Notes under the pieces: generated by a model
Told to the model about the DNA's origin: nothing
Seen by the model: only the letters and a program-made list of their open reading frames with translations
Database searches by the model: none
Program-made: the position numbers and the translations under genes
Part shown: one piece after another, positions 1 through 12,979 of the stretch
How positions within the stretch are numbered: the first letter of the stretch is position 1
Layout of the letters: each line of letters begins with the position of its first letter
From: Escherichia coli
Lineage (GTDB): Bacteria > Pseudomonadota > Gammaproteobacteria > Enterobacterales > Enterobacteriaceae
Strand: one strand, 5' to 3'
DNA: 64,000 bases
NCBI RefSeq assembly: GCF_016026235.1
Contig: NZ_CP065613.1

Positions 1-828
1 CACTGTTCGTACCTGAATTAATTTATCGACCGGGATCCGTGATGGGCAATTTTTTGCGCATTTGCCACAATCGATACAACTTTCGGCATTGCGACGAATC
101 TTAAACGGCGATAATAGCGAAACCACGCCCATCAGCGCGCCATATGGGCAAAGATAACGACACCAGGCATGGCGAATAAACAGGCTGGCAATCAGCAAAA
201 CGGTCACGCTGATTAATGTCGCGGTCCCCATATGACGAAAGAAATCGAGCATTTTAACGTCCATCACCACGCTGTAGGGCGACAACATAAAATAGTGAAT
301 CGCCTGAGCAGGCATCAATAACGCGATATAGAGAAAAAAACTCAACAGCAAATACTTTACACCGCGCAGAGGAATATCCAGCCAGCGGGGAAGGACACAT
401 TGCCGACCAAACAGTTTGTTACCGAGAGCGCCGATTAATTCAGAAAGCGTACCAACCGGGCATAACCATGAACAAAAGGCCTTTTTGAGTAATAGACTGA
501 TGACGATAAAAGCGACCAATAACAGCATTGCGGCGGCGTGGACGGACGGTAACTGACCTGTTGCAAGGCTATATTTCAGATTCATCAGACCGGCAATCGG
601 TAGCCAGCCTTCGATACCTCCCGGTCTGGCGACAAATGTCGTGCTACTTGCCGTTTCGTAATAGCGCACCCAATACCAGAACGTGATGGCAATATAAATA
701 TTCATTGCCAACAGTAATAATTGCGTCGCTTTACGCCAGGTCGTGGCATTGCGCCAGTCATTCCACGGTAATTTGCCGCCCGTCGTGCCTGGCCGCCGCT
801 GCCAGCGGGTTCTTTTTTTCTCTGCCAT
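1..828 (-). CDS. yccM: NapH/MauN-like 4Fe-4S membrane protein YccM, N-terminal about 276 aa (gene runs off window start)
   Basis: Reverse-strand translation from ATG (rc of cat at 826-828) reads MAEKKRTRWQRRPGTTGGKLPWNDW...CIDCGKCAKNCP with ferredoxin-type Cys clusters. It sits upstream of torS as in E. coli. Confidence 0.85.
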   Translation of the reverse strand, partial: MAEKKRTRWQRRPGTTGGKLPWNDWRNATTWRKATQLLLLAMNIYIAITFWYWVRYYETASSTTFVARPGGIEGWLPIAGLMNLKYSLATGQLPSVHAAAMLLLVAFIVISLLLKKAFCSWLCPVGTLSELIGALGNKLFGRQCVLPRWLDIPLRGVKYLLLSFFLYIALLMPAQAIHYFMLSPYSVVMDVKMLDFFRHMGTATLISVTVLLIASLFIRHAWCRYLCPYGALMGVVSLLSPFKIRRNAESCIDCGKCAKNCPSRIPVDKLIQVRTV

Positions 829-899
829 GATTTTGCCAGTCCGTTAAGTTGCATACCAAATGCCACTATTCTAGTTATTCTTAACTGGCTGATATTGAT

Positions 900-3644
900 T
901 CAAATCGCGTTCAGGTCTTTCTTATTCAACCATGCTTCCAGAGCGGCAACACTGCGTGTAATTTCTTCGTGTGGAAGGGGGGCAGATAATGGCTGCTGCT
1001 CCAGTTGTGCGCATAGCTGACTGGCGCTACGCATTCCCAGACTCGAGCAACTGCTTTTTAGCTGATGCGCGGCACGCTTTATTTTCTCGCTGTCTTGGCT
1101 GGCGCGGGCAATGTCGATTTCATCGAGAAGCGGCAGGGCATGTTGTTTAAATAATGCCAGCCATTCGTGGATCTTCTCCGTCCCCATTAACTGAGCGTCT
1201 TCATTGAGTTGCGAGACATCCAGTGGTAGATCGTTATTGGCTTGCAGTTGGAGATAGTGCGCCAGTAACTGACCGAGCACTTCACGCGGCACCGGTTTAG
1301 GGATAATCCCGCGAAATAGTGAACTGGTACGCTGGCGCAGCGTTTCGTCAATGACATGGGCGCTAAAGCCAATCAAAACCAGCGACGGATATTGCTGTGC
1401 CAGTTGCCGGGCAAGCGTAATGCCGTCGACATCCGGCAGATCAAAATCCACCAGTGCGGCAGCAAACGGTTCGCTATTTTGCAGTGTCTCTAAAGCCTGC
1501 GCGGCATTGCCAATAGCAACAACCTGCGCACCACTGGTGTTCAGCATCTCAACGGTAATTCGCTGGGTTAGCGGGTTATCTTCAATTAACAGCAAACGTA
1601 AACCGTCAAGACGCACCGCCTGATTGGCTGTTTTTGGCACGGGTGCAGTGGCAACACGTAACGGCAAGCGTAAACAAAAACAGCTTCCAACCTCCGGCGT
1701 GCTGGTGGCGCTCAGTTCGCCGCCCATCGCCTGGGCCAGACGGCTACTGATAGTCAGCCCCAGCCCGGTGCCGCCGCGTTTGCCGCTTACCTGCACAAAT
1801 GGCTGGAAGATTTCTGCCAGTTTCGCGGGATCAATACCGCAGCCGCTGTCTTCCACTTCGACCAGCCATTGCTCGCCATCAGTGCGACTACGCAGGATAA
1901 TGTGCCCTTCGTCAGTAAAACGCAGGGCATTGCTCAACAGGTTGGTAATGACCTGACGAATACGTCGCGGATCGCCCATTAACGCGCTCGGTACATCATC
2001 GGCAATTGCCGTTGCCAGGCGAATCGGGCGACCTTTCACCCGTCCGCTCATTAATTGCAGGGTACTTTCCAGCAGCGGGCGCGGTTCAAAGGGCTCATCG
2101 CTGACCGAAACATTTTTGCCACCTGCTTCGATAGCCGAATAATCGAGAATATCGTTGAGGATGGTCAGCAACGATTCGCCAGAGTCGGTAATCGCCCGCA
2201 AATCATCACGCTGGGCGTTAAGTGCGGGGTTATCTGCCAGCAGTTGAGCAGTGCCGAGAATACCGTACAGCGGTGTGCGGATCTCATGGCTCATCGCCGC
2301 CAGAAACGCCGATTTTGCCTGGTTGGCTTTTTCTGCTTCCGCCCGTGCCTGTCGGTGTTCTATCACCAGTTCCTGCAATTCAGCTGTACGCGCTTTGACC
2401 TGCGCCGCCAGCTGTTCACGGTGGCGATTCAGTGCATGAACAGTGCTGCGAAACGCATCCATCAGCCGCCCGATGGTATCCAGCTCCCGTACGCCAGCGG
2501 TTTCCGGGAAAGGGGAGTCAATATCACCGTCCAGCAGCCGTTGCAGCGCCTGCGTTTGTTCGGCAAGTGGACGCGTGACTGAGCGATAAACCACGCGCCA
2601 AAGGATCAGAATCAGTGCGCAAAGTGAAACCATCCCCAGCAATAACAGGCTGTATTGCCCGCGTGCACTGGCTTTTTCCAGATGCGCCAGTCCGTGCTGA
2701 TTACGCAGCTCAATGGTGTCGACCAGCTGACTGACTTCGCTACTAAACTGCGCGAACTGGGCGATGTTATTTTGTGCGAGAGTTTGTAGGTGATTGCTGA
2801 TTTCACTGTCCTGCTGATACAGCGCCAGCAAATCGCTATATTGGCTAACGGTAGTTAACGTTGTTGCGACCTGCGCACGAACACCCGGATCTTCAATGCG
2901 TATTTGCCGACGTTGCAGAATTTTCACCGCATTATTGAGCTGCTTTTCCAGCGTTGGTGCATTTTTCTGGATCTGCTCCAGCCCCAGATTCATCACCATT
3001 TGCTGCACCCGCAGAGCGCTAAGGCGCAGTTCATTCATCTGGTTAACATACTCAAGATCGATATCAATCAGCCGATCGAGTGCACTTTCAGCAGCCTGAC
3101 GCTGATCTTGTTCGATCAAATCGTAAATCCCGGCCTGGGTCGCTCCAGCGGAAGTTGTCGCATTATTCGCCTGACCTTGCGCCAGGCGTGCGATCTCATC
3201 GGCGGCAGCGACTATCTGCTGACTGAGTTGCCGTTGTTGCTGGCGTAGTTGCAGACGCCGCCCCACCAGTTCCCCTTGCTGACGTAATGAACGGGAGATC
3301 TCCTGCTCCTGTTGTTCAATAGCGGTGGTATCAAAACCTTGTTCCCGTAACGCTTGCAGCAACGCATTAATCTTCAGGCTTTGTGCGGTGAGCATTCGCC
3401 CCTGCGCCTGCCACATCTTTTCGTTATCGGCACTGGTCAGGTTCTGCGCGGCGAAAAGTTCCCAGGCGCTGGCTTCGCTCAACTGGCGCGCCATATTCAT
3501 GGTAGGAATCAATGCCTGAGTGTTGTCTTTTTCCACCTGGCTGATAAAGCGCAGGTTGTACCATCCCACCAGGGTACTGGTCAGGGTTAACAGCGCCATC
3601 AGGGCAAAGCCCATCCAGAGTCTTCGGGTCAGGGTTAAATTCAC
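900..3644 (-). CDS. torS: TMAO sensor hybrid histidine kinase TorS (914 aa from GTG at 3642-3644)
   Basis: ORF track 900..3851. [20 protein letters not shown]-terminus follows V70 (GTG). HisKA/HATPase, receiver and Hpt domains are recognisable. Confidence 0.93.
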   Translation of the reverse strand: MNLTLTRRLWMGFALMALLTLTSTLVGWYNLRFISQVEKDNTQALIPTMNMARQLSEASAWELFAAQNLTSADNEKMWQAQGRMLTAQSLKINALLQALREQGFDTTAIEQQEQEISRSLRQQGELVGRRLQLRQQQRQLSQQIVAAADEIARLAQGQANNATTSAGATQAGIYDLIEQDQRQAAESALDRLIDIDLEYVNQMNELRLSALRVQQMVMNLGLEQIQKNAPTLEKQLNNAVKILQRRQIRIEDPGVRAQVATTLTTVSQYSDLLALYQQDSEISNHLQTLAQNNIAQFAQFSSEVSQLVDTIELRNQHGLAHLEKASARGQYSLLLLGMVSLCALILILWRVVYRSVTRPLAEQTQALQRLLDGDIDSPFPETAGVRELDTIGRLMDAFRSTVHALNRHREQLAAQVKARTAELQELVIEHRQARAEAEKANQAKSAFLAAMSHEIRTPLYGILGTAQLLADNPALNAQRDDLRAITDSGESLLTILNDILDYSAIEAGGKNVSVSDEPFEPRPLLESTLQLMSGRVKGRPIRLATAIADDVPSALMGDPRRIRQVITNLLSNALRFTDEGHIILRSRTDGEQWLVEVEDSGCGIDPAKLAEIFQPFVQVSGKRGGTGLGLTISSRLAQAMGGELSATSTPEVGSCFCLRLPLRVATAPVPKTANQAVRLDGLRLLLIEDNPLTQRITVEMLNTSGAQVVAIGNAAQALETLQNSEPFAAALVDFDLPDVDGITLARQLAQQYPSLVLIGFSAHVIDETLRQRTSSLFRGIIPKPVPREVLGQLLAHYLQLQANNDLPLDVSQLNEDAQLMGTEKIHEWLALFKQHALPLLDEIDIARASQDSEKIKRAAHQLKSSCSSLGMRSASQLCAQLEQQPLSAPLPHEEITRSVAALEAWLNKKDLNAI

Positions 3645-3726
3645 GGTCGGTGCACTTAAGGTGAAAAAGGTTGAGTCGCAAAGCGGAATGCATCTAGCAT
3701 AAAGCCTTATTATTGATGAGGCTATC

Positions 3727-4755
3727 ATGCGCGTACTGCTATTTTTACTTCTTTCCCTTTTCATGTTGCCGGCATTTTCGGCTGATAACCTGTTGCGCTG
3801 GCATGATGCGCAGCATTTCATGGTGCAAGCCTCTATGCCGCTTAAAGCCAAACGCGCATGGAAACTGTGCGCGCTTTATCCCAGCCTGAAAGATTCATAC
3901 TGGTTATCGTTGAACTATGGTATGCAGGAGGCAGCTCGCCGTTATGGTGTGGATTTAAAAGTGCTGGAGGCAGGCGGCTACAGCCAGTTGGCTACCCAGC
4001 AAGCACAAATCGACCAGTGTAAACAGTGGGGCGCAGAGGCCATTTTACTCGGTAGTAGCACGACCTCATTTCCCGATCTGCAAAAGCAGGTAGCAAGTCT
4101 GCCGGTGATCGAACTGGTAAATGCTATTGATGCTCCCCAGGTGAAAAGCCGCGTTGGTGTACCTTGGTTTCAGATGGGCTATCAACCTGGGCGATATTTG
4201 GTGCAATGGGCGCACGGTAAACCACTGAACGTGCTGTTGATGCCCGGACCCGATAATGCCGGGGGCAGTAAAGAGATGGTCGAGGGTTTTCGCGCAGCCA
4301 TTGCCGGAAGCCCGGTGCGTATTGTTGATATTGCGCTTGGTGATAACGATATTGAAATCCAGCGTAACCTGTTGCAGGAGATGCTGGAACGCCACCCAGA
4401 AATCGACGTCGTTGCCGGAACGGCCATTGCGGCAGAGGCGGCAATGGGTGAAGGGCGTAACCTGAAAACGCCGCTTACCGTGGTGTCGTTTTATCTTTCA
4501 CATCAGGTGTATCGCGGGCTGAAGCGGGGAAGAGTGATTATGGCTGCCAGCGATCAAATGGTCTGGCAGGGGGAACTGGCGGTTGAGCAGGCCATCAGGC
4601 AATTACAGGGGCAATCGGTGTCTGATAATGTCAGCCCACCGATTTTAGTTCTGACGCCGAAAAATGCCGACCGTGAACATATTCGCCGCTCGCTGTCACC
4701 AGGGGGATTTCGTCCGGTCTATTTTTATCAGCACACATCAGCGGCTAAGAAATAA
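3727..4755 (+). CDS. torT: periplasmic TMAO-binding protein TorT
   Basis: 342-aa ORF with signal peptide and periplasmic binding-protein fold; divergent from torS. Confidence 0.93.
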   Translation: MRVLLFLLLSLFMLPAFSADNLLRWHDAQHFMVQASMPLKAKRAWKLCALYPSLKDSYWLSLNYGMQEAARRYGVDLKVLEAGGYSQLATQQAQIDQCKQWGAEAILLGSSTTSFPDLQKQVASLPVIELVNAIDAPQVKSRVGVPWFQMGYQPGRYLVQWAHGKPLNVLLMPGPDNAGGSKEMVEGFRAAIAGSPVRIVDIALGDNDIEIQRNLLQEMLERHPEIDVVAGTAIAAEAAMGEGRNLKTPLTVVSFYLSHQVYRGLKRGRVIMAASDQMVWQGELAVEQAIRQLQGQSVSDNVSPPILVLTPKNADREHIRRSLSPGGFRPVYFYQHTSAAKK

Positions 4756-5420
4756 CCTTCACCATGTTGCGTCACCAGTAAATCCGCGCTGAGTTTATGA
4801 CGTAAACGACGAATTAACACATCGACGGTGCGCAGGTCAGGGTTTTCCACCCGACGCGCAGAAAGCATACGTAGCAGACGTTCACGGCTGAGAATTTCGC
4901 CCGGATTCGTCACAAATGCCACCAACATTTCATACTCTGCGCGGGTCAGTTTAATCGGCTCGCCATCCCGCTCCAGCGTATGGCGCGACACATTCAGGCA
5001 ATAACCGGCAAAGCGATAGCAGTTGTCCTGAGTGTGCGGTTGAGCTTGTCGCGCGAGGTCGATTCGCCAGAGCAGATTTTTCACCCGTACTACCAGTTCG
5101 CGCAGTTCCAGCGGTTTGGTGACGTAATCGTCTGCGCCCATTTCCAGCCCAACAATACGGTCAATCCGATCGCTGCGTCCGGTAACCAGAATAATCCCCA
5201 CCGTTGAGCGTTCTCGCAGGGCGCGGGTTAACATCAGGCCATTTTCATCGGGTAAGTTGATATCCAGCAGAATTAAATCTACCGGCTGATTCTGCATAAT
5301 TTCCCGCAGCCCGGCACCGCTCGCTGTAACGGAAACGGTATACCCCTCCTGAGTGAAGTAAGATTGTAATCGCGCCTGGGTAACCGGCTCATCTTCAACA
5401 ATAACAATGTGATGTGGCAT
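4728..5420 (-). CDS. torR: response regulator TorR (OmpR family)
   Basis: 230-aa ORF with receiver and winged-helix domains; overlaps the torT 3' end as in E. coli. Confidence 0.93.
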   Translation of the reverse strand: MPHHIVIVEDEPVTQARLQSYFTQEGYTVSVTASGAGLREIMQNQPVDLILLDINLPDENGLMLTRALRERSTVGIILVTGRSDRIDRIVGLEMGADDYVTKPLELRELVVRVKNLLWRIDLARQAQPHTQDNCYRFAGYCLNVSRHTLERDGEPIKLTRAEYEMLVAFVTNPGEILSRERLLRMLSARRVENPDLRTVDVLIRRLRHKLSADLLVTQHGEGYFLAADVC

Positions 5421-5438
5421 CAGAGGGTTTTACTCATT

Positions 5439-5501
5439 CTGTTCATATCTGTTCATATTCTGCCGTAAGCCGTTCATCCTGACCAGTGCCGCTGTTCATA
5501 T
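5439..5501. promoter_or_regulatory. tor boxes: four decameric TorR-binding repeats (CTGTTCATAT x2, CCGTTCATCC, CTGTTCATAT) in the torR-torC intergenic region
   Basis: Direct repeats read at 5439-5448, 5449-5458, 5470-5479 and 5492-5501, immediately upstream of torC. Confidence 0.85.
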
Positions 5502-5549
5502 TTGCTCATTAAGATCGCTTCACTAAACCATAATTTTACAGGGGCTATT

Positions 5550-6722
5550 ATGCGGAAACTCTGGAACGCGCTACGCCGACCCAGTGCTCGTTGGTCGGTA
5601 CTGGCGCTGGTCGCAATTGGGATTGTGATTGGCATTGCGCTGATTGTATTGCCACACGTTGGGATCAAAGTCACCAGCACAACCGAATTTTGTGTCAGTT
5701 GCCACAGTATGCAACCGGTATATGAAGAATATAAACAGTCGGTGCATTTCCAGAACGCCTCCGGCGTGCGAGCTGAATGCCATGACTGTCATATCCCGCC
5801 GGATATTCCAGGCATGGTGAAGCGCAAACTGGAAGCGAGCAATGATATCTACCAGACCTTTATTGCTCACTCCATTGATACACCTGAAAAATTCGAAGCC
5901 AAACGCGCGGAACTTGCCGAGCGTGAATGGGCGCGAATGAAAGAAAACAACTCGGCAACCTGCCGCTCCTGCCATAACTACGATGCGATGGATCATGCGA
6001 AGCAGCATCCTGAAGCGGCACGTCAGATGAAGGTGGCAGCGAAAGATAATCAATCCTGCATCGACTGTCATAAAGGTATTGCCCACCAGTTACCGGATAT
6101 GAGTAGCGGCTTCCGTAAGCAGTTCGATGAGCTGCGCGCCAGTGCTAATGACAGTGGTGACACGCTGTACTCTATTGATATTAAGCCAATTTATGCGGCG
6201 AAAGGCGATAAAGAAGCCTCTGGTTCTCTGCTGCCTGCTTCGGAAGTGAAAGTCCTTAAACGTGACGGCGACTGGCTGCAAATTGAAATTACCGGCTGGA
6301 CGGAAAGCGCCGGACGTCAGCGTGTACTCACCCAATTCCCAGGTAAACGCATCTTTGTTGCCTCGATTCGTGGTGATGTGCAGCAGCAGGTAAAAACGCT
6401 GGAGAAAACCACCGTTGCCGACACCAATACCGAGTGGAGCAAGTTGCAGGCCACTGCGTGGATGAAGAAAGGTGACATGGTGAACGATATCAAACCGATC
6501 TGGGCTTATGCGGATTCGTTGTACAACGGCACCTGTAACCAGTGCCACGGCGCACCGGAAATCTCTCACTTTGATGCTAACGGCTGGATTGGCACGCTCA
6601 ACGGCATGATTGGCTTTACCAGCCTCGATAAACGTGAAGAACGCACCTTGTTGAAATATCTGCAAATGAATGCGTCTGACATCGCAGGTAAGGCTCACGG
6701 CGATAAGAAGGAAGAAAAATAA
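5550..6722 (+). CDS. torC: pentahaem c-type cytochrome TorC
   Basis: ORF track 5502..6722. MRKLWNALRRPSARW start at 5550. Multiple CxxCH haem motifs. Confidence 0.93.
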   Translation: MRKLWNALRRPSARWSVLALVAIGIVIGIALIVLPHVGIKVTSTTEFCVSCHSMQPVYEEYKQSVHFQNASGVRAECHDCHIPPDIPGMVKRKLEASNDIYQTFIAHSIDTPEKFEAKRAELAEREWARMKENNSATCRSCHNYDAMDHAKQHPEAARQMKVAAKDNQSCIDCHKGIAHQLPDMSSGFRKQFDELRASANDSGDTLYSIDIKPIYAAKGDKEASGSLLPASEVKVLKRDGDWLQIEITGWTESAGRQRVLTQFPGKRIFVASIRGDVQQQVKTLEKTTVADTNTEWSKLQATAWMKKGDMVNDIKPIWAYADSLYNGTCNQCHGAPEISHFDANGWIGTLNGMIGFTSLDKREERTLLKYLQMNASDIAGKAHGDKKEEK

Positions 6723-9262
6723 TGAACAATAACGATCTCTTTCAGGCATCACGTCGGCGTTTTCTGGCACAACTCGGCGGCTTAACAGTCGCCGGGATGC
6801 TGGGGCCGTCATTGTTAACGCCGCGCAGTGCGACTGCGGCGCAAGCGGCGGCTGTCATCTCGAAAGAGGGCATTCTTACCGGGTCGCACTGGGGGGCTAT
6901 CCGCGCGACGGTGAAGGATGGTCGCTTTGTGGCGGCAAAACCGTTCGAACTGGATAAATATCCGTCGAAAATGATTGCCGGATTGCCGGATCACGTACAC
7001 AACGCGGCGCGTATTCGTTATCCGATGGTACGCGTGGACTGGCTGCGTAAGCGCCATCTCAGCGATACCTCCCAGCGCGGTGATAACCGTTTTGTGCGCG
7101 TGAGCTGGGATGAAGCCCTCGACATGTTCTATGAAGAACTGGAACGCGTGCAGAAAACTCACGGGCCGAGTGCCTTGCTGACCGCCAGTGGTTGGCAATC
7201 GACGGGGATGTTCCATAACGCTTCGGGGATGCTGGCGAAAGCTATTGCCTTGCATGGTAATAGCGTTGGTACGGGCGGAGATTACTCTACCGGTGCTGCG
7301 CAGGTGATCCTGCCGCGCGTAGTCGGTTCGATGGAAGTGTATGAACAGCAAACCTCCTGGCCGCTGGTATTGCAGAACAGCAAAACCATTATGCTGTGGG
7401 GCTCCGATTTGCTGAAAAACCAGCAAGCGAACTGGTGGTGCCCGGATCACGATGTTTATGAATATTACGAGCAACTAAAAGCGAAAGTCGCCGCCGGTGA
7501 AATTGAGGTCATCAGCATCGATCCGGTTGTCACATCCACCCATGAGTATCTGGGGCGCGAGCATGTGAAGCACATTGCGGTTAACCCGCAAACTGACGTG
7601 CCGCTGCAACTGGCGCTGGCGTATACGCTGTACAGTGAAAACCTGTACGACAAAAACTTCCTCGCTAACTACTGTGTAGGTTTTGAGCAGTTCCTGCCGT
7701 ATCTGCTGGGTGAGAAAGACGGTCAGCCGAAAGATGCCGCATGGGCTGAAAAACTGACCGGCATTGATGCCGAAACCATTCGTGGGCTGGCGCGGCAGAT
7801 GGCGGCGAACAGAACGCAAATTATTGCTGGCTGGTGCGTGCAGCGTATGCAGCACGGTGAACAGTGGGCGTGGATGATTGTGGTTCTGGCGGCGATGCTG
7901 GGGCAAATTGGCCTGCCAGGTGGTGGTTTTGGTTTTGGCTGGCACTACAACGGCGCAGGCACGCCGGGGCGTAAAGGCGTTATTCTGAGTGGTTTCTCCG
8001 GCTCTACGTCGATTCCGCCTGTTCACGACAACAGTGACTACAAAGGCTACAGCAGCACCATTCCGATTGCCCGTTTTATCGATGCGATCCTCGAACCGGG
8101 GAAAGTGATCAACTGGAACGGTAAATCGGTAAAATTGCCGCCACTGAAAATGTGTATTTTTGCCGGAACTAACCCATTCCATCGCCATCAGCAGATCAAC
8201 CGCATTATTGAAGGCTGGCGCAAGCTGGAAACGGTTATCGCCATAGATAACCAGTGGACCTCAACCTGCCGCTTTGCCGATATCGTACTGCCTGCGACCA
8301 CGCAGTTTGAGCGTAACGATCTCGACCAGTACGGCAACCACTCCAACCGTGGCATTATCGCCATGAAACAGGTGGTGCCGCCGCAGTTCGAGGCGCGCAA
8401 CGACTTTGATATTTTCCGCGAGCTGTGCCGTCGCTTTAATCGCGAAGAAGCCTTTACCGAAGGGCTGGACGAAATGGGCTGGCTGAAACGCATCTGGCAG
8501 GAAGGTGTACAACAAGGCAAAGGACGCGGCGTTCATCTGCCAGCGTTTGATGACTTCTGGAATAACAAAGAGTACGTCGAGTTTGACCATCCGCAGATGT
8601 TTGTTCGCCACCAGGCATTCCGCGAAGATCCGGATCTCGAACCGCTGGGCACGCCGAGTGGCCTGATTGAGATCTACTCGAAAACCATCGCCGATATGAA
8701 CTACGACGATTGTCAGGGGCATCCGATGTGGTTTGAGAAAATCGAACGCTCCCGCGGTGGGCCCGGCTCGCAGAAGTATCCGTTGCATCTGCAATCTGTG
8801 CATCCGGATTTCCGACTTCACTCGCAGTTATGTGAGTCGGAAACTCTGCGTCAGCAATATACGGTAGCGGGTAAAGAGCCAGTATTCATTAACCCGCAGG
8901 ATGCCAGCGCGCGCGGTATTCGTAACGGTGATGTGGTACGCGTCTTTAACGCTCGCGGTCAGGTGTTGGCAGGGGCAGTAGTTTCTGACCGCTATGCACC
9001 CGGCGTGGCACGAATTCACGAAGGGGCATGGTACGATCCAGATAAAGGCGGCGAGCCTGGTGCGCTGTGCAAATACGGTAACCCCAACGTGTTGACAATC
9101 GACATCGGTACTTCGCAGCTGGCGCAGGCGACCAGTGCGCACACTACGCTGGTGGAAATTGAGAAGTACAACGGAACAGTGGAGCAGGTAACGGCGTTTA
9201 ACGGCCCCGTGGAGATGGTGGCGCAGTGCGAATATGTTCCCGCGTCGCAGGTGAAATCATGA
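6722..9262 (+). CDS. torA: TMAO reductase TorA (molybdopterin, Tat signal)
   Basis: 846-aa ORF with [11 protein letters not shown] twin-arginine signal and molybdopterin oxidoreductase motifs. Confidence 0.93.
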   Translation: MNNNDLFQASRRRFLAQLGGLTVAGMLGPSLLTPRSATAAQAAAVISKEGILTGSHWGAIRATVKDGRFVAAKPFELDKYPSKMIAGLPDHVHNAARIRYPMVRVDWLRKRHLSDTSQRGDNRFVRVSWDEALDMFYEELERVQKTHGPSALLTASGWQSTGMFHNASGMLAKAIALHGNSVGTGGDYSTGAAQVILPRVVGSMEVYEQQTSWPLVLQNSKTIMLWGSDLLKNQQANWWCPDHDVYEYYEQLKAKVAAGEIEVISIDPVVTSTHEYLGREHVKHIAVNPQTDVPLQLALAYTLYSENLYDKNFLANYCVGFEQFLPYLLGEKDGQPKDAAWAEKLTGIDAETIRGLARQMAANRTQIIAGWCVQRMQHGEQWAWMIVVLAAMLGQIGLPGGGFGFGWHYNGAGTPGRKGVILSGFSGSTSIPPVHDNSDYKGYSSTIPIARFIDAILEPGKVINWNGKSVKLPPLKMCIFAGTNPFHRHQQINRIIEGWRKLETVIAIDNQWTSTCRFADIVLPATTQFERNDLDQYGNHSNRGIIAMKQVVPPQFEARNDFDIFRELCRRFNREEAFTEGLDEMGWLKRIWQEGVQQGKGRGVHLPAFDDFWNNKEYVEFDHPQMFVRHQAFREDPDLEPLGTPSGLIEIYSKTIADMNYDDCQGHPMWFEKIERSRGGPGSQKYPLHLQSVHPDFRLHSQLCESETLRQQYTVAGKEPVFINPQDASARGIRNGDVVRVFNARGQVLAGAVVSDRYAPGVARIHEGAWYDPDKGGEPGALCKYGNPNVLTIDIGTSQLAQATSAHTTLVEIEKYNGTVEQVTAFNGPVEMVAQCEYVPASQVKS

Positions 9263-9858
9263 CCACGCTGACAGCACAACAGATTGCCTGTGTTTACGCC
9301 TGGCTGGCGCAGTTGTTCTCCCGTGAACTGGACGATGAACAACTGACGCAAATCGCCAGTGCGCAGATGGCTGAATGGTTTTCGTTGCTGAAAAGCGAAC
9401 CGCCGCTCACTGCGGCGGTGAATGAACTGGAGAAACGTATTGCCGCTGTGACCGTACGTGACGATGCTCGCCTGGAACTGGCCGCTGACTTTTGCGGCCT
9501 GTTTCTGATGACTGACAAACAAGCGGCGCTGCCGTATGCATCGGCCTACAAACAGGACGAGCAAGAGATTAAACGCTTGTTAGTTGAGGCAGGGATGGAA
9601 ACCAGCGGCAATTTCAACGAACCGGCAGATCATCTGGCGATCTATCTCGAGTTGTTGAGTCATCTGCATTTTTCGCTGGGAGAGGGGACGGTTCCTGCGC
9701 GAAGAATCGACAGTTTACGGCAAAAAACACTCACGGCGCTGTGGCAATGGTTACCAGAGTTTGCTTCGCGTTGTCGTCAGTATGACAGCTTTGGTTTTTA
9801 CGCGGCACTAAGCCAGTTATTGCTGGTGTTAGTTGAGGGCGACCACCAAAACAGATAA
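9259..9858 (+). CDS. torD: TorA-specific chaperone TorD
   Basis: ORF track 9226..9858; [20 protein letters not shown] start at 9259; 199 aa. Confidence 0.9.
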   Translation: MTTLTAQQIACVYAWLAQLFSRELDDEQLTQIASAQMAEWFSLLKSEPPLTAAVNELEKRIAAVTVRDDARLELAADFCGLFLMTDKQAALPYASAYKQDEQEIKRLLVEAGMETSGNFNEPADHLAIYLELLSHLHFSLGEGTVPARRIDSLRQKTLTALWQWLPEFASRCRQYDSFGFYAALSQLLLVLVEGDHQNR

Positions 9859-9870
9859 CGTCGTTTGTGC

Positions 9871-9941
9871 GCCTGAAAAGATGCGTTTAGCGTCGCATCA
9901 GGCATTATGGCGCAGTTGCCGGATGCGTCATCACATCCGGC
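9871..9941. repeat. two REP (repetitive extragenic palindromic) units between torD and cbpM
   Basis: gcctgaaaagatgcgtttagcgtcgcatcaggc and gccggatgcgtcatcacatccggc palindromes. Confidence 0.6.
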
Positions 9942-9950
9942 AAACACACA

Positions 9951-10256
9951 TCACGGATGAGCTACAAACCGGGAAAGCCGCTGGCGCAGCAGGCGGTTTT
10001 CCTGCTTCAGGTGCGCAATATCATCCATTAACGTCAGCGCCACCGCGATCCCCGGCCAGTCCAGAGCGAGTTCATGACGCAGGCGTACCGCACGTTGCAC
10101 CACAATGGCGGCATGGTCGTCAAATACCCAGGTTGTTTCCTGGATCTCACGCGGTTCAACCACCCCCAAACCGACAATTTCATTCAACTCCTCTTCAGAG
10201 ATGCCGGTATGCAGGCAAAATTCGGTAATAGTAAAAGTCACCGTAACATTAGCCAT
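9951..10256 (-). CDS. cbpM: CbpA modulator CbpM
   Basis: ORF track 9951..10271; [13 protein letters not shown] start at codon 6; MerR-like; 101 aa. Confidence 0.9.
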
Positions 10257-11176
10257 TATGCTTTCCCCCAATCTTTACGTGGATCAAAAGACGACTGGGC
10301 GTCTGCCAGTTGCTGCCACAGCGCGGCAGTGTTTTCATCCGGTTTCGGCGGCATCACGATTTTCAGTACCGCATACAGATCGCCGGTCTGTTTTTTGCTC
10401 ACCAGACCTTTGCCTTTAACGCGCAATCGTTGCCCGGCCTGGCTGCCTGGCGGGATAGTCAGCAAAATGCTTTCTTTCAGTGTTGGAACGGTGACTTTAG
10501 CACCCAGCGCCGCTTCCCACGGGCTAACCGGCACCACAATTTCCAGATCCTGGCCGACAATATCAAACAGCGGATGTGGCGCAATATGAATCACCAGCCA
10601 CAGGTCGCCATTTGGACCGCCGTTTTCGCCCGGCGTCCCCTGGCCTTTCAGACGGATGCGTTGACCATTGCCGACGCCCGCCGGGATCTTCACATTCAGC
10701 GTTTTCGGAATTTCCTGTTCGATCATGCCAAAGGCGTTATAAACCGGCAGGTTATAGCTGATGGTACGCTTATGCTCAGTAAGCGTTTCTTCGAGGAATA
10801 CCGCCACTTCGATTTCAATATCGTGGCCGCGTGTGGCGGGGCGTTGACGGCTCTGGCGGGCATGCTGACCGAAAATTGACGAGAAGATATCGTCAAAATC
10901 TTCGGCGTTAAAACTCTGACCGTCGCCATGATGGAACTGACGGTTAAATTGCGGATCGTTGCGATGTTGCCACATCTGATCATACTCAGCGCGACGTTGT
11001 TCATCACTTAACACTTCCCAGGCTTCAGCGACCTCTTTGAAGCGGGCTTCGGCATCCGGTTCTTTGCTGACATCAGGATGGTATTTACGGGCCAGTCGAC
11101 GATAGGCGGTCTTGATTGTCTTGAGATCGTCCGTCGGTTTCACGCCCATGATGGCGTAATAATCCTTTAATTCCAT
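10256..11176 (-). CDS. cbpA: curved-DNA-binding DnaJ homologue CbpA
   Basis: 306-aa ORF with J-domain (YYAIMGV...HPD) N-terminus; overlaps cbpM. Confidence 0.93.
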
Positions 11177-11435
11177 AGCGTTATCTCGCGTAAATCAACA
11201 CAAATTGAAGGAACCCCTGTAAGGTAACTCCTATAAGTGTAGGGTAATCCTCAAAATTTCATATGCCAACACAGAATATGTTATTGAAATCATCGCGGAG
11301 AGGAGGTCGCCTCAAGGTGGGGTGCTGAACATATTTTAAACAGGTGAAAAAGGGTGAGCGATTTTTGATAGTTGAACCAGGCACTTTAAGTTTAACTAGG
11401 GCGTCATTATTTATTAAATTTTATAGGCGCTATAT

Positions 11436-12689
11436 ATGGGTAATATACATGGAATTAGTTGCACTGCAAATGATTATTTGAAGCAAGCCTGGAACGATAT
11501 AAAAAATGAGTACGAAAAAAATCAAACATATTCAATCACGCTTTTTGAAAACACACTGGTGTGTTTTATGCGGTTGTATAAAGAAATCAGACGTCAACAA
11601 GCTGAAGACTACATTCCATGCCTGGAATGCGATTCACTAGAAAAAGAATTTGAGGAAATACAGAATGATAATGATTTATCATTATTTATGAAAACATTGC
11701 GTACTAATGATAAACAAATTTATTCAGGGGTTTCAGGAGGTATTACATATACTATACAATATGTTCAAAATGTTGATATTGTTAGAGTGTCCTTGCCGGG
11801 CAGAGGTTCAGAGTCTATCACAGATTTTAAAGGTTATTATTGATATGGCTTTATGGAATATATTGAAAACATTACTGCGTGTGATGATGTTTTTTCTGAG
11901 TATTGTTTAGATGATGAAAATATGAGTATCCAGCCAGAACAGATAAATACGCCGGGAATATCTGATTTAGATACTGGTATTGATTTGTCTGGCATATCTT
12001 TTATTCAGAGTGAAATTAATAAAACATATGGATTAAAATACGCTCCAGTAGATGGCGATGGATATTGTCTGTTAAGAGCCATGCTGGTTTTAAAAGAACA
12101 TGAGTATTCATGGGCGCTGGGCGGCCATAAGACGCAAAAGCAAGTATACGAAGAGTTTATTAAAATTGTTGATAAACAAACGATCGAGGCTCTTGTTGAT
12201 ACGGCATTCTATAATCTCAGGGAAGATGTAAAGACGTTATTTGGCGTTGATCTACAATCTGACAACAAAATTCAGGGGGAGGGTAGTCTTATGTCATGGA
12301 ACTTTCTGTTTTTTAAAAAAGAATTTATTGATAGTTGCTTGAATGACAAAAAATGCATACTGCATTTACCCGAGTTTATATTTAATGATAACAAGGCGCG
12401 CCTTATTTTAGACACCGACCCAGAGAAGAGGATTAATGAGGTGAAAAATTTCCTCACTGCTCTTTCAGATAGCATTTGCTCATTATTTATTGTTAATAGT
12501 AATGTGGCATCAATCTCCTTAGGGAATGAATCCTTTTCAACAGATGAAGATCTTGAGTATGGTTATTTAATAAACACTGGCAATCATTATGACGTTTACC
12601 TCCCTCCTGAACTTTTTGCTCAGGCTTACGAGTTAAACAATAAGGAAAGGAATGCGCAAATTGATTTTTTAACTCGTTATGCAATTTAA
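11436..12689 (+). pseudogene. yccE: yccE reading frame interrupted by one in-frame TGA at 11841-11843 (fragments of 135 aa and 278 aa in the same frame)
   Basis: ORFs 11436..11843 and 11853..12689 share a frame. They are separated only by ...GYY-TGA-YGF-MEYIEN, consistent with TGG>TGA nonsense in an otherwise continuous ~417-codon yccE. Confidence 0.6.
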
Positions 12690-12979
12690 TGACAGAGGCA
12701 TATGCTAAAAACCATTGTTATTAGTCTCACACTTTTTTATTGGTAAATATTGCCTCTGTATTGGTAACGCCGCCGATATTCTGTTTAGCCACAGGTGCAA
12801 TCATCAGCGGCGTACGCGAGGCAGGGGCTAATCAGGCATAGTTTGCGTCAAACCTTGCCTGTTTTTAAAGATGAATATAAAAACAGCCGTTCAACAAGCC
12901 ATTTTGCGAACCTGTTCCCGGAAAAAAGTCATATTTCTGTCACACTCTTTAGTGATTGATAACAAAAGAGGTGCCAGGA

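Noticed and set aside
11841-11843. The in-frame TGA in yccE as a possible selenocysteine codon.
   Set aside because: No SECIS-like hairpin immediately downstream and no known selenoprotein homology; a nonsense polymorphism is the simpler explanation.
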